Shown: positions 25,310-38,329, counted from the first letter of the whole stretch. The stretch is DNA of 63,190 bases, filler included, from Folioceros fuciformis (GCA_049999805.1; 37 parts of 37 records of this genome joined end to end with filler, not necessarily neighbours in it); one strand, 5' to 3'. Notes: a model not told the origin generated them from the sequence alone. Translations and numbers: made by a program.

Positions 25310-26819
25310 GCACCGAGAGAGGTGCAGCTGACCGCCGGACAGCGAGGCCTGTCCTACGCCTGATCGGAGCTGGAGGGGAGCCCTCGAATCCGTCATCGAG
25401 TCGATCAAGTCCGACCCTCCATCCACAGCAACAAGGAACCCCATCGCTCCTTCGTGGGAACAAAACCCAAGGCCTCACTGTCCAGCGGTCAGCTGCACCT
25501 CTCTTGGTGCCCACAAACTCACTCCAATCACTACAACGACCCTGACCTCTTAGATCTGCGACTTCCCTCAATCACTCACTCAATCTCTCACTCCAACACC
25601 AACAACCAACAACGACACCACTACCTTCTACAATTCCCTACTAACTCCTCCTACCCGGCAAGAGTCACTGGACTAACCCCAAAGAAAAGAAAGAAGGGAA
25701 CACACTCCCCTCTCGGATATCTCCTCCCCACAACCTTACCAGACACCATGAAACATGACCGGCCTACAGCACTTGTCCAAACAGGGAACAAGAGTGGACA
25801 GGTCGAGAGAAAGACATCCTTTACAATCAAGAGCTAGGGGCAGGCCCCTTCACCCTGGTCATTACTTCTTGTGATCCTACCAGACACTGTACAACCGGCA
25901 ACACGCGGCTTCCAATCCTACCAGACGTTGCACAGCCGGCAACACACTGCAGGTCCTAAACCAAGCAGGGACAAATCACAAGAGCTCATGAAGAGAGTAC
26001 CTCCAAGAGCTCACGAAGTGAGAGATTGACTCCCAAAGTGAATGACTACCTCCTCCTATAGGCTCACCTGATCTTATAGGAGCCTCTCTCTCTCTCTTTG
26101 ACTTCACCTCTCTCTAACTTGACAAATATTATTTTAATAGGACCGCTAGCCTAGTCGGCTATTACCAGCCACTTATTTAGACTTCTAGCACATCCTACCA
26201 CCAATGAGCTGGCCCTACCACCACAAGGATCTACCACCTCTTAGACTATCCTGAGACTTCGGAGGATGTATGATCTTCAAAGATCTGCGGACGCTGCCTC
26301 TTCCTTGCTGGATGGCCGCCCGCGAAGTCTTCCCCTACAAGTGTTCACCCTTGGTGGTTGAGCCAGCCTCTAGGGGAGGAGTATGAGTAGTGGGAAAGAT
26401 AGAGAGGAGGTAAGAAGCAATGGGATCAGCAGCCGGAACCTGGCCTGAAAATGGTAGCTTATTCAGCGGAATCAGCTTCCAGCCGAAATGGTTCCTCAGC
26501 CATGGAAGACTGATCCTGGGGTGCTGGAATAGGCCCCGAATTAGGAGGAGAAGGAAGCAGGTGAAACAAAGTTGAATTGGAATTTATGGAATTAAATCTA
26601 GAAAAATAGGGGTGAACATAGAAAAGGGGAAATTAGGAAAAAGAAAAGAAATACGGGGATATGCATATGGTATACGTATCGATACGTATTAAATACATAT
26701 CTAAAATGTATAAAATATAAAGAGAGGGGCGGTGTTTGTATACATACCGTATACGATCCCTAAAACATTAGATTACGGGCCAAGGGGAGGGAGCAGGATG
26801 AGGGATGGCAAAGGAGGAG
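25310..26819 (-). mobile_element. LTR-1 body (3' half), with an oppositely oriented piece at 25310-25469
   Basis: Collinear with 41790-43077 and with the reverse complement of 34492-35644. Confidence 0.8.
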
Positions 26820-27209
26820 NNNNNNNNNNNNNNNNNNNNNNNNNNNNNNNNNNNNNNNNNNNNTTAATTAATTAANNNNNNNNNNNNNNNNNNNNNNNNN
26901 NNNNNNNNNNNNNNNNNNNCTCCTCTCCTAGGAAGGGTGTCTACCGTATAGTACGTTCCCTACCTACATAGATATCTTGCATTTTCCCCACGTAGGTACT
27001 CTCTCTACATATGTAGGTAGACATCCTACTACGTAGGTATCTTTTTATCCTAGCCTACCAGAATAGAACTAAAAAAATCCATAAAAACCTTCACCAGCCG
27101 CTCACTACCTACCATGGGCACTTGCCCAGAAACCTACCTTCCACATGCCTCCCTTTGAACTGTTCTGAAAAAAAGAAACCAAGTTAGACTTTCCTAGACC
27201 GATAACCAA

Positions 27210-27783
27210 ACTTTTCCGTTCCACACTGGCGCCCCAATCTGGGGCAGGGCCCGGCAAACCACGCTGGGGCAGCACCTCACGCTGCGGGGTGGCGCGGCGG
27301 TGCCCTCCCGCTGCTTGGCTCCCGCAGCCCGAGCCTAAGCACAGCGGGGCTGGAGACTTCTGCACCCTGGGCAGAGGGTTACCGCACACGGCCCCTGCTG
27401 ACTCCGATGCCTTCCTCACGGCCTTGCGCACCTTGTTTGCAGCACCTACAGACATCACCATCTTGCTCCACAACTTGGGATGTGATACTAGTTGAAGGAT
27501 CGTTAGGGGAGCCTCATGGTGAAGGAGGTGAGGAGGAAGCAAGGAGAAGAGGAGAAAGAGAGGTCTCACACTCATACAATCTCAATATTGCAAGGGAGCT
27601 CAAGAGGGTATTTATACCCTCTAAAAGAACTCCCAAGGAAGCTTCACAAGACGCACATAGGAAGCTATGCAAGAAACTTCCTACAGATTAGCTTAAGCTA
27701 ATCTAAACAAATGATACTTAATTAGACACTAATCTTAGACTAAACACATTAGTCTAAGCACAGTGGGCTTTAATAACCCTACA
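27210..27783 (-). mobile_element. LTR-E copia 5' LTR (27493-27783), degenerate PBS and truncated leader
   Basis: Reverse complement of the 20480 LTR; PBS decayed to TAGTATCACATC; left boundary approximate. Confidence 0.85.
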
Positions 27784-27785
27784 GG

Positions 27786-27969
27786 CATATCCTTGTTGAT
27801 GTGATGTTTCCGCATCCTTGTTTTTCCAATGTTGCCGCATCTCTATTCTTGGTTGTAGCCGTATCCTTGTTCATCATTGTTGCCGCATCCCTATTCTTTC
27901 GTTGTTGTCGCATCCTTGTTCATCCGTTGTTGCCACATCCTTGTTAATGTGCTGTTGCCGCATCCCTGT
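27786..27969. repeat. ~21-24 bp degenerate minisatellite
   Basis: TGTTGCCGCATCCTTGTT core recurs about 8 times. Confidence 0.85.
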
Positions 27970-28433
27970 TGTGGAGGCAAAACCCCGGGCACTGATTGTC
28001 GACGGGTTCCACCTTTAGTGGCCACACTTATCCCACTGTCGTTGAGACATTGGGTTTCGTTCCCACGAAGGAGCGATGGGGTTCCTTGCTGCTGTGGATG
28101 GAGGGTCGGACTTGATCGACTCGATGACGGATTCGAGGGCTCCCCTCCAGCTCCGATCAGGCGTAGGACAGGCCTCGCTGTCCGGCGGTCAGCTGCACCT
28201 CTCTCGGTGCCCACAAACTCACTCCAGTCACTACAACGACTCTAACCTCTCAGATCTGCGACTTCCTTCACTCACTTCACTCACTCTCTCGCTCCAGCAC
28301 CAACACCAACAACTACCAGCAACCAGCAACGACACCACTACCTTCTACACTTCCCTACGGACTCCTCCTACCCGGCAAGAGTCACTAGACTAACCCCAAA
28401 CAAAAGGAAGAAGGGAACACACTCCCCTCTTGG
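27970..28433 (-). mobile_element. LTR-1 3' end
   Basis: TGTGGAGGCAAAACCCCGGG on +. Confidence 0.85.
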
Positions 28434-28533
28434 NNNNNNNNNNNNNNNNNNNNNNNNNNNNNNNNNNNNNNNNNNNNTTAATTAATTAANNNNNNNNNNN
28501 NNNNNNNNNNNNNNNNNNNNNNNNNNNNNNNNN

Positions 28534-28746
28534 GACAGCGAGGCCTGTCCTACGCCTGATCGGAGCTGGAGGGGAGCCCTCGAATCCATCATCGAGTTGA
28601 TCAAGTCCGACCCTCCATCCACAGCAGCAAGGAACCCCATCGCTCCTTCGTGGGAACGAAACCCAATGTCTCAACGACAGTGGGATAAGTGTGGCCACTA
28701 AAGGTGGAACCCGTCGGCAATCAGTGCCCGGGGTTTTGTCTCCACA
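28534..28746 (+). mobile_element. LTR-1 3' end, inserted 20 nt inside an LTR-D terminus (28747-28766)
   Basis: GTTTTGTCTCCACA followed by TAGAGCTCGATAACTCAACA, the LTR-D end. Confidence 0.85.
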
Positions 28747-28869
28747 TAGAGCTCGATAACTCAACAAGGAAGGGTCATCATATCATCAAGGATATCATTT
28801 GCACCAGCTACTGCATGTTTGTGTAATTGTTCTAGTTTAGTATTCACAATGTAATCCCCCTCCTTACAA

Positions 28870-29782
28870 TTAGTGAAGAGGAGAAGGGTGAAGGAGTGAG
28901 TGTGTGAGAGGAAAATTTATTGGCCGTAAGCTGAGGAGAGGGGGACGAATCCACCCGCTGCGCAGAGTGGAGGAGAGTTTCTCCTTCCCTTATTCCCGGA
29001 ACTGTTGGTTGCGGAAGGGTGAGCTGAGAGATTGAGAAAGATCATGGAAGATTGCTGGAGAACTGAAGAAAACTGCTGAGAATTGGCTGGATGGTTGTGA
29101 AAGATAGTTGAAGCTTGGATGTGATTTTGAAAGAATTTCGGAGAGATTTTTGGGCGTTTGTGGAAGACTGTTGAAGATTGTTGGAGAATGAGGGAGATTT
29201 GTGGACGTTGCTGGAGGTTGGAGACATTTGGAATCAGGAGTGTGAGGAATAAGTGTACACCAGAGTTCTGGTGTGTTTTACATGTGTGGAGAGTGTTGCA
29301 TGTGTGTGTGTGGAAGTGTGGCTCATCCGTGGGATCTTGTTTCCCCAGGATTAGTATTTGCATGTGTGGGGAGCATCTCATAAGCCCAGATTTGTAAGTC
29401 TGGAAGCCCTTGGGGCAGAAACCCACAATGGCGCCTGTGTCGGAAAATATTAGTTAGGGTTTTGGGTGGGACCCAACACGGAGTGGAACCCACTATGATC
29501 ACTACTAGTGGTCGCGGAGACCACGACCGCGGTCGTAGAGTAGGGAACGGAGTTATAAAGTAGGGTCCGTGGTAGCTAGGCTAACTGGGGGGTAGTGGTA
29601 GGGAGCTAGCAGGTAGTAGAAGCGGTAGGGAATAAGGTCTGACCTAGGTAAGAGCTAGTAGTAGAAGAAACTTGTTTTACTTGGCACAAATCATTCCCTT
29701 GGGAGTGAATCCCATGGCTACAACGACATAGAGGGTTTGTGTGGGCCTCACGGCGTCCTCGGACACAACATTTTCCTCTACA
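28870..29782 (+). mobile_element. LTR-F, 3' ~0.9 kb
   Basis: Collinear with 35745-37345 and 47880-48733; ends TTTTCCTCTACA; left boundary approximate. Confidence 0.7.
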
Positions 29783-30865
29783 CACCCCCTCAATTGAACC
29801 CAAGGAATCGACGCCAGCTGAGCAGGCGAAAGCGGCTGAGGTGGCAGAGAAGTTAGGACTGACTCTGGGGGAAGAACTCTTTCCAGGGTGGGAAGAGATC
29901 TTCAGGGCCACCCCCTTGGTGGCAAATTTACAGGAGGGGGACTTGGCTAGAGTACGCATACTGCTAGGAAGGGGGATCATGGACAGAGGGATGGCTACTG
30001 GAGGCGCACCCCAACAGGTGGATTTGTCAGGCCTGACAGCGGCCATGGTCCGAGTGCAAGCAAACATGGTGGATCAGGCTGCACAGGCACTCACTTGGCT
30101 GAGTATGCAAGGACAGAAAGAAGAGGAAGTGCAGGCCAAGATGTTTGAGGCGGAAGCAAGGCGAGAGCAACTGGAGGAAGCCCGATAGGCCCTGAGTGGA
30201 GCAAAGGACAGGTGCAAGAGGAAGTACGCCGGGCTCGGAAGGAAATGCAGGCCATGAAAGATCAGTAGGAACTGCTCCTGACTCAAGTCAAGGAGGTCCA
30301 CGAAGCCAACCAGGAAATGCAACAAGAGCTGTTGAGGGCACAGGAGCAGGAGGCGGCTGCAGTGGAGAAGGTCCAGAAGCTTGTGGACCGGTATAAACGT
30401 GAACGGGATGAGGCCTGGAGCCAGGTGAAGGGAAAGGGAAAGTCAAATGGAGTAGCAGGTCTGCGACCGAGGTAGCCGAAGCTGCTACTAGTCAGCGGTC
30501 AGAGGGAGACCACACTAGTAGCTGACAGCCCTACCAGGGTGGAGGAAGTAGCAACAGTCGTAGAGCTCACAACCGGAAGAGCTAGGATGGTGACCCGGAC
30601 CAGGAGGACGGGGCTGGGAACAGTGGCAGCCAAAGGAGCAGAAAATTCCCTAGTACCCTTGGAGAGCAGAAGACAAGCAGTTCAGGGTAGCCCACGGGAG
30701 GAGGGGGAGGGATAAGGGCTTACTACCTACAACTGAGGACTCGTGGGGGATGCTTCTCCCATTGCTTTCGGGTATGGGGACTGCGTCCTTATTATTTGGA
30801 GGCAATCTTGGAGGAACTCACGAAGGAAGAAGCGCAGGCATGGGTGGAGCAAGAACTCATAATGG
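29783..30865 (+). pseudogene. Repeat-borne coiled-coil ORF plus second small ORF, decayed (function unknown)
   Basis: EKLGLTLGEELFPGWEEIFRATPLVANL..RILLGRGIMDRGMATG, a heptad-rich region, then AYYLQLRTR..LEAILEELTKEEAQAWVE; homologous to 45636-46907 and 61887-62477. Confidence 0.65.
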
Positions 30866-30965
30866 NNNNNNNNNNNNNNNNNNNNNNNNNNNNNNNNNNN
30901 NNNNNNNNNTTAATTAATTAANNNNNNNNNNNNNNNNNNNNNNNNNNNNNNNNNNNNNNNNNNNN

Positions 30966-31301
30966 CGCGGATGGAGAAAACGGGCAGGAGGGGGAAAAGG
31001 GAGGAGGGGGAAGGAAATCGCCCCACCACGGGCGATGGCAGAGCTCTCCTCCAGCGCTGCAGCAACCTCCTTGCTCCTTGGTCAGCAGCGAGCAGGCTGG
31101 ACCCCAACAGCTCATGAGAAGCCTGGCTGGACCTGCATCAATCCGTTGTGATCTCCACCACTTGGTGTCGATAGCCTAGCCAGTATCCCTACCTGCAACT
31201 TGGATCCAATGAAAATAAGTCGAAAAAGAAAACCAAACCATACCACTATTAACCCTTTTTCAACCAAAACAAACTACTACCCCAAACTTTGGAGGTTCAC
31301 A
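30966..31301 (-). mobile_element. LTR-1 5' end with large deletion, retaining a central LTR segment
   Basis: Ends GGAGGTTCACA; CCTACCTGCAACTTGGATCCAA resembles the reverse complement of ~25139-25160. Confidence 0.75.
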
Positions 31302-31449
31302 TCGACACTTCTCCTTGGTCCGGTCACTCAATCCTATCAAATCACTAAGGGCCAAGGAGCCTCTTGGGTATAAATACCCAAATAAAAAACACTACTTGTT
31401 CATTCTGCTCTTCAAAATGGGAGTCCCAAAAGTTTTTCCTCTACATACT

Positions 31450-33162
31450 CCCCTTCTCATTTGTTGGTGCCCTCGCCAACCTACATATAATATTTCTTTA
31501 CTCTCCAACCATTAACCCTGGTTGGCAGCGACTGTCCGTCCATCTGCTGCAGCTGAACGGAACCATTGTCAAAAAAACTTCAGTTACCTTGTAGGGCCCC
31601 ATCCACCTCAGATGTAACTTCCCTGGAAAGTGCATATATCTATTGTCGTACAATAGGGCCAAATCCCCATGTATCACCCACGTCTGCTTCCTCAGCTTGC
31701 GATCGTGCCACTCCTTTTGCTTAGCTTGCATCTCCTGCATTGCCTCCAATGCTTGTTCCCTATCCTCAATGTGCTTTACGAAATTGACCAGACGCTCCAG
31801 CTGACTCTCTTCCACTGTCATTCGGTTCTCTCTCTGGATGCGCAGGGTCGGAACTTCGAACTCCACAGGCATCACTGGGTGATGCCCATAAGTGAGGTAG
31901 TAGCGCGTCTTCTGAGTGGTAATCCTCTCTGCGGTCCTGTACGCCCATAGTGCTGAGTGGAGTTTGAGATCCCAGTCATAAGCATACTCCACTGTCAACT
32001 TATTCAGTATCCGGCAGAGGAGCCCATTTGCTTTCTCTGTCAGCCCTTACACCTTTGGGTTATAAGAGGTAGTCCGCCGATGCTGAACGTTGAAGTACTC
32101 CGCCAGGTGAGTAATAACCTCATTGACAAAGTGCGTTCCCCTGTCACTCACTAACTCCAGCGGACAACCATAGCGGGCGATTACCTGCTCAAATAGGAAC
32201 TTCTCTACCACATGTGCAGTATCTACCTGGAGTGACTGCGCTTCCACCATTCGCGTGTAGTAGTCTGTCGCGACCAGAATGTACTGATTTTGTCAGACTC
32301 GGGTTTTCAGCTGGATCGGCCCCACAAAGTCGATTCCCTATTTTTCGAATGGAGCCAAGGCCAAGATCAGTACCAAGGGCCACTGCGTTGTCGGGGTTGG
32401 CCTCCCAACTTGCTGACACGTGTCGCACCTTTTGACAAACTCAGCCGTGTCTCTATACATAGTTGGCCACCAATAGCCCGCTTCCAGCATTTTCCTACAG
32501 GTGATATGCGCAGCAAAATGGCCTCCTGCCTCTCCATCGTGCAATCCCTTCAAAACGTTTTCGACCTTCTCCCATGTCACCCAAAGTCGCTGTCTCCCAT
32601 CTGGCCCCCTTCGGTAGAACTCACCCCCATTGCGAGTGAATGGCCTGGTATAGTGCACGAAGGCCTGCACCTGTTGTCTCGACAAGTCGACAGGTATGAC
32701 TCTTGTTTCCAGGAATTCTGCTACCTCCTGGTAAGTGGGTCTCACAAACTTGACCCTCCCCTTCTCATCCCCTGCTGCGCCCTCATCTTCCTCTCGTCTA
32801 CGGTTAGGCACAGCTGCTTTGCCCTCCATCTTTGCTACGAATAGAGTTTCATTGGGAAACTCATCCTCCTGATCCCGGGCTACCTCCTCTGTTTGGAGCC
32901 GCGAAAGGTAGTCAGCGTTGACATGCTTGCATCCTTCCCTAGTCTCCACTGTGAAGGTAAACTCTTGCAGCAACAAGATCCACCTGGCTATTCTTCCCGA
33001 CAAATCTACCTTGTTCACCAGATGCTTTAGCGCGAAATGATCCACATGGAAAATGAATTCGTAAGATAGCAAGTAGTGTCAAAACTTTCTAACCGAGTAC
33101 ACCATTCCCAGTGCCTCTCTCTCCGTGGTGGTGTACTTCCATTCTGCCTCGGTGAGTTGTCG
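31450..33162 (-). mobile_element. Ty3/gypsy (non-chromovirus type) RNase H-integrase, frameshifted
   Basis: YTTTEREALGMVY, VDHFALKHL..GRIARWILLLQEF..HVNADYLSR, H..GGHF..AGYWWPTM..CDTCQ, ARYGCPLELVSDRGTHF, LWAYRT, RWMGPY; RH-IN order; left boundary approximate. Confidence 0.95.
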
Positions 33163-33262
33163 NNNNNNNNNNNNNNNNNNNNNNNNNNNNNNNNNNNNNN
33201 NNNNNNTTAATTAATTAANNNNNNNNNNNNNNNNNNNNNNNNNNNNNNNNNNNNNNNNNNNN

Positions 33263-33855
33263 TGGAAAAGGAGCGAGAACAGTATCTCCTCAAGGATGGT
33301 GAGCAAAGGCAAGGACTGGAGAAGTTGACCCAGTAGGTGACCACGTTGCAGACTTCCCAACAAGGTTTATCACCTGAGATCATTGCATGTCGAAGGGACC
33401 TTGCCCAGTCTAAGGAAACTAGGAAGGTGGTGGAGGAACAACTACGGGAACAAGTCTACGTGGCAAAGGATTTACAAGGCCAGTTAGATGAGTTAGAGGC
33501 ACAGAATGCTAAAGCGAACCAGGAACTCCAGCAACGACTTGAAGCAGGGCAACGAGAGCGAGTGGAGAGGGAACAATTGACCATCCAATTAGAAGACCTT
33601 TAGCAGGAGAAAGCACAACAAGAAGCTGAGCACCAGACCAAGATTCACAAGATGCTGGTGGTTCAAGCTCGTAGGTTTCGTAATGACTATGCCTACTTGA
33701 CAGGGTGCATGACCAAGCTTCATGCAACTCATCAAGAAAACCTTGACCTACAGTTGAAGGTAGGGGCGATGGAGGCTGAACGGTATATCTATAAGAGTAG
33801 ATGCGAGGGTGGGGATTGGGTTGTTGACATGGATACCATAGATCTAGCTCAATAG
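33263..33855 (+). pseudogene. Coiled-coil ORF remnant (continues 51152-51877 minus)
   Basis: E/Q/K-rich heptads with in-frame TAGs; the first 24 nt are identical to the reverse complement of 51152-51175. Confidence 0.6.
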
Positions 33856-33891
33856 AATCGCAACCTCCACCTACACCAACGTCTACTCGCT

Positions 33892-34391
33892 TGTGAACCT
33901 CCAAAGTTTGGGGTAGTAGTTTGTTTTGGTTGAAAAAGGGTTAATAGTGGTATGGTTTGGTTTTCTTTTTCAACTTATTTTCCCTAATTTTCCTTGGTTT
34001 TCTGATCATTTTTCCTATTTTTCTTTGTGTTAATTAGGTTAATTGACCAGGAAATAGTTAGCTTGGTTATAAGAGTGGGTATAGGTTTGGTCCCAAACCT
34101 GGGAAGGTTTAGGTTCGGTACCAGGCCATAGGGTTGGGTGATTAATTTAATATTAATTAAAGATATATAATATTAAATGATTAAATAATAATATTAAATA
34201 ATATAATAATATAATAATGGTTTGAACATAGGAACGGGTATCTGGGTATGTTAGTGTCAGGGGTCAGGGTCTGACGATAGGCTGGCTGATTGCTTGGCTG
34301 GCATGAACGGCCATGGAGGCCATGCCCTAGCTAGAGCTAGAGGTAGGGGTTGCGGCCGTCTCCATCCCTTTTCCCCCTCCCTTCCTTTCTC
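33892..34391 (+). mobile_element. LTR-1 5' end
   Basis: TGTGAACC start. Confidence 0.85.
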
Positions 34392-34491
34392 NNNNNNNNN
34401 NNNNNNNNNNNNNNNNNNNNNNNNNNNNNNNNNNNTTAATTAATTAANNNNNNNNNNNNNNNNNNNNNNNNNNNNNNNNNNNNNNNNNNNN

Positions 34492-35644
34492 ATCCCGATC
34501 CCGCTCCCTCCCCTTGCCTCCATGTAAGGTTTTTTTAGAGACCGTATATGTACACCCGTATTGTATTTTATATGGTTTAGATACGTATTTAATACATAAT
34601 GATATGTATAGCCGTATTTCTTCTTTTTATTTTCCTAATTTCTCCTTTTCTATTTTCACCCCTATTTTTCTGGATTTAATTCCAGAAATTCCAATTCAAC
34701 TATGTTTCACCCGCTTTCTTTTCCTCTTAGTTCGGGGCCTCCCCCAGCACCCCAGGGTCAGTCTTCCATGGTTGAGGAACCATTTTGGCAGGAAGCTGAT
34801 TCCGCTGAATAAGCTACTGTTTTCAGGCCAGGTTCCGGCTGCTGATCCCACTCCTTCCCACCTCTTCTCTATCTTTCCCATTGCTCATGCTCCTCCCCTG
34901 GAGACTGGCTTAGCCACCAAGGGTGAACAGTTGCAGGGGAAGACTTAGCGGGCGGCCATTTAACAAGGAAGAGGCGGCGTCCGCAGATCTTTGAAGATCA
35001 TACATCCTTCAAAGTCTCAGGATAGTCTAAGAGGTGGTAGATCCTTGTGGTGGTAGGGCCAGCTCATTGGTGGCAGGATGTGCTAGAAGTCTAAATAAGT
35101 GGCTGGTGATAACCGGCTAGGCTAGTGGTCCTATTAAAATAATATTTCTCAAGTTAGAGAGAGGTGAAGTCAGAGAGAGAGAGAGGCTCCTATAAGATCA
35201 GGTGAGCCTGTAGGAGGAAGGAGTCATTCACTTTGGGAGTCAGTTTGTCCCTGCGTGAGCTCTTGGAGGTCCTGAGGACTCTTCACGAGCTCTTGTGGTC
35301 TGTCCCTGCTTGGTCTAGGACTTGCAGTGTGTTGCCGGCTGTGCAACGTCTGGTAGGATCGCAAGCCGCGTGTTGCCGGCTGTACAGTGTCTAGTAGGAT
35401 CGCGGGCAGCGTGTTGCCGGTTGTATAGTGTTCGGTAGGATCACAAGGTGTAATGACCAAGGTGAAGGGGCTTGCCCCTAGCTCTTGATTGTAAAGGATG
35501 TGTCTTTCTCTCGACCTGTCCACTCTTGTTCCCTGTTTAGACAAGTGCTGTAGGCCGGCCATGTTTCATGGCGTCTGGTAAGGTTGTGGGGAGGAGATAC
35601 CCAAGAGGGGAGTGTGTTCCCTTCTTCCTTTTGTTTGGGGTTAG
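34492..35644 (+). mobile_element. LTR-1 body
   Basis: Reverse complement of ~25670-26800; carries an extra internal duplication near 35325-35430. Confidence 0.8.
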
Positions 35645-35744
35645 NNNNNNNNNNNNNNNNNNNNNNNNNNNNNNNNNNNNNNNNNNNNTTAATTAATTAA
35701 NNNNNNNNNNNNNNNNNNNNNNNNNNNNNNNNNNNNNNNNNNNN

Positions 35745-37345
35745 TGTTTTGCAGTGAGAGTGAGGGGGACGAATCCACAGCTGCTGGAGTGGAGGGAGAG
35801 TTTCTCCTTCCCTTATTCCCTCGACAATCAGCTGCATTTTTAATATGGAGTTGAGAGAAGGGCATGAGTGAGAAAAGGAGAAAGAGGTTGAGGAGTTGGA
35901 GTGAGAGAAGAGAAGGAGTGATTGAGGACTGATTTTGGTCTGTGGCTGAGGAGAGGGGGACGAATCCACTGCTGCTAGAGTGGAGGGAGAGTTTTCTCCT
36001 TCCCTTATTCCCTGAACCATGAGCTGCGTCCCAAATCTGGTGTGGAGAGAGAGCTGGAAGACTGAAGAGAACCGTGGAAGACTGCTGAAGTTGCTAAAGA
36101 ATTGAAGAGAATCGTTGAAGAAAGTGCGGGGTGATTATGAAAGTTTGCTGAAGTTGGAACGAAAGGTTGCTAGGTAATTTATGGAGAATTTCTAGATGAG
36201 TGTGGAAGCTTGTGAGGAGACGTGAGGAATTGTTGAAGATTGCTGCAAGATTGTTGGAAGAGTCGTTGAGAAACTGTTCAGAAAGTTCGCTGAGGGTTGG
36301 ACAAGATTGTTGGGCAATTTCTTAGGAATCCCTAAACATTTGTGGAGGACTGTGGAAGGTCGCTGGAGTTGCTGTAAGATTGCTGGAAGAGCTGGGAACA
36401 TTGCTGGAGAACTGAAGAGAAAACAACTAAGAAGATTGCTAGAGAATGGAGAAAGAGTGCTGAAGATGTGGATGCAAATTCTGGAGAATTTCTATAAGAT
36501 TTCAAACTATTGTGAGTGGTTGTGGGAGCTTGTTGAAGCCCATGAGAGATTGTGAGGGATTGTGAGGAGTGGTGAGGGATTTACTGGAAGATTTTGGACA
36601 TTGCTAGAGATTGAGACCCTTGGGGGCAGGCCTGTGGGAATAATTATGAACTAGAGCTCTTGTGAGTGATTTACATGTGTGTGGAGTGTTGCATGAATGT
36701 GTGGGGAGGTGTGGCTGATCCGCAAGGCTTTGTTCCCCAAGGATCAGCCCTTGCATGTGTGAGGAGCATGGAATAACCCAGCTCTATCAGTTTGGAAGGT
36801 CCTAGGCAGAAAACCGTAGGTGGAAACCCGTGGCAGCGCTTGCGCCGAAAATAATATGTTAGGGTTTGGGGTGGGACCCATTGCAGTGGTGGAAGGACGA
36901 CGGACATTGTGGGACCCACTGCGGTAGTGGAAGGACGACAGATATTGTGGAACCCACCACGGTAGTGGAACGATGACGAACGTTGTGGAATCCACTACTG
37001 GTAGTGGGAAGACGACAAACATTGTGGAATCCACTACATGTAGTTGAGACCCTACGGGGTAGTTGAAGGGTCGGTAGTTATAGAGACCCCTACCCCAGTA
37101 GCCGAGTAGTTCCGTCAGGTAGCCAGAGTTGAGGTAGCGGAGTCGTGACGGAGGTAGGGGTAGTTGAACCAGCAGGTAGTGGAGCTGGGGTACTTAAAGT
37201 CCGTCCTAGGTAGTAACTAACTTTTAGAAGAAACCTGTGTTATTTGACACAAATCATTCCCTTGGGATCGAATCCCAGTGCTATAACGACATAGAGGGCT
37301 TGTGTGGACCTCGCAGCACCCCTAGGTGCAATATTTTCCCCCACA
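35745..37345 (+). mobile_element. LTR-F (at least 1.6 kb, 3' end at 37345), with a 38-bp tandem array at ~36870-37036
   Basis: Ends ATATTTTCCCCCACA abutting copia gag; GGTAGTGGAAGGACGAC..ATTGTGGAACCCAC units. Confidence 0.75.
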
Positions 37346-38229
37346 TTGTTGTAAATGTAGAAGGTAGCCTATTAACAGAGGAAGTGAACAGGAAGAATAT
37401 GGAACCTTCGAAAGGTTCCAATGCCCTCATGGTGAGAGGAAGGTCTACTTCAAAGGGGAAGTACAAGGAGCGAAGTCTTTCCCGTAGTAAATCTTGTAGT
37501 CGTAACAACGTTGAGTGTAACCATTGTCACAAGAAGGGTCATATCAAAAGGGACTGCGAGAAGTTCAAGAAGGACAAAGGAAAAGAGAAGAAGAAGAGTG
37601 ACAACAAGGCAAGTCCGAGTATCAAGTGTTACGAGGTGAACTCCGTTGATGATGGAGATGTTCTTATCTTTTCTTCCTTCGATTCTACACAACTCACAGC
37701 TGTGGAGAGTCACTTACTCTCTAATTGGATAATTGACTCTGGAGCATCTTTCCATGTTACTCCGCATACGTGGTTTATCATTTATGATGCTACTAGAAAA
37801 GGATGTGTTCAGCTTGGAAATAACTACACATGCGAGATTGTAGGCGTTGGCGATATGTAGTTGAAGTTCGACAACGGGTCTTCATTCATACTGAAGGATG
37901 TTAGGCATGTTCCGAAGTTGATAAAAAGCATGATTAGCGCAAGGCAGTTGGATGACGCTAGCTACCACTGTTGGTTTGGGGATCATTCTTGGAAGATCTC
38001 CAAAGGTTCTCTTGTGTTAGCTCGTGGATCGAAGTGTGGCACTTTGTACTCACTTCAAGTAACCACTATCAAGGATCATGTAATTTGTGTGACGGAACAG
38101 CCAAGTGTTTCCTTGTGGCATTGTCGCTTAGGACATATGTCTCAAAAAGGAATGAAGATACTATCTCGTTTTGGTTACGTGCCTACTTTTGACTTCTCCG
38201 ATTTCTCCGTGTGTGAGCAATGTTTGTAT
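37346..38229 (+). mobile_element. Tnt1/Tork-like copia gag end, zinc knuckle, protease and GAG-pre-integrase
   Basis: CNHCHKKGHIKRDC, WIIDSGASFH, LKDVRHVP, LWHCRLGHMS..CEQC; highly similar to 15063-15566; stop at 37858. Confidence 0.95.
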
Positions 38230-38329
38230 NNNNNNNNNNNNNNNNNNNNNNNNNNNNNNNNNNNNNNNNNNNNTTAATTAATTAANNNNNNNNNNNNNNN
38301 NNNNNNNNNNNNNNNNNNNNNNNNNNNNN

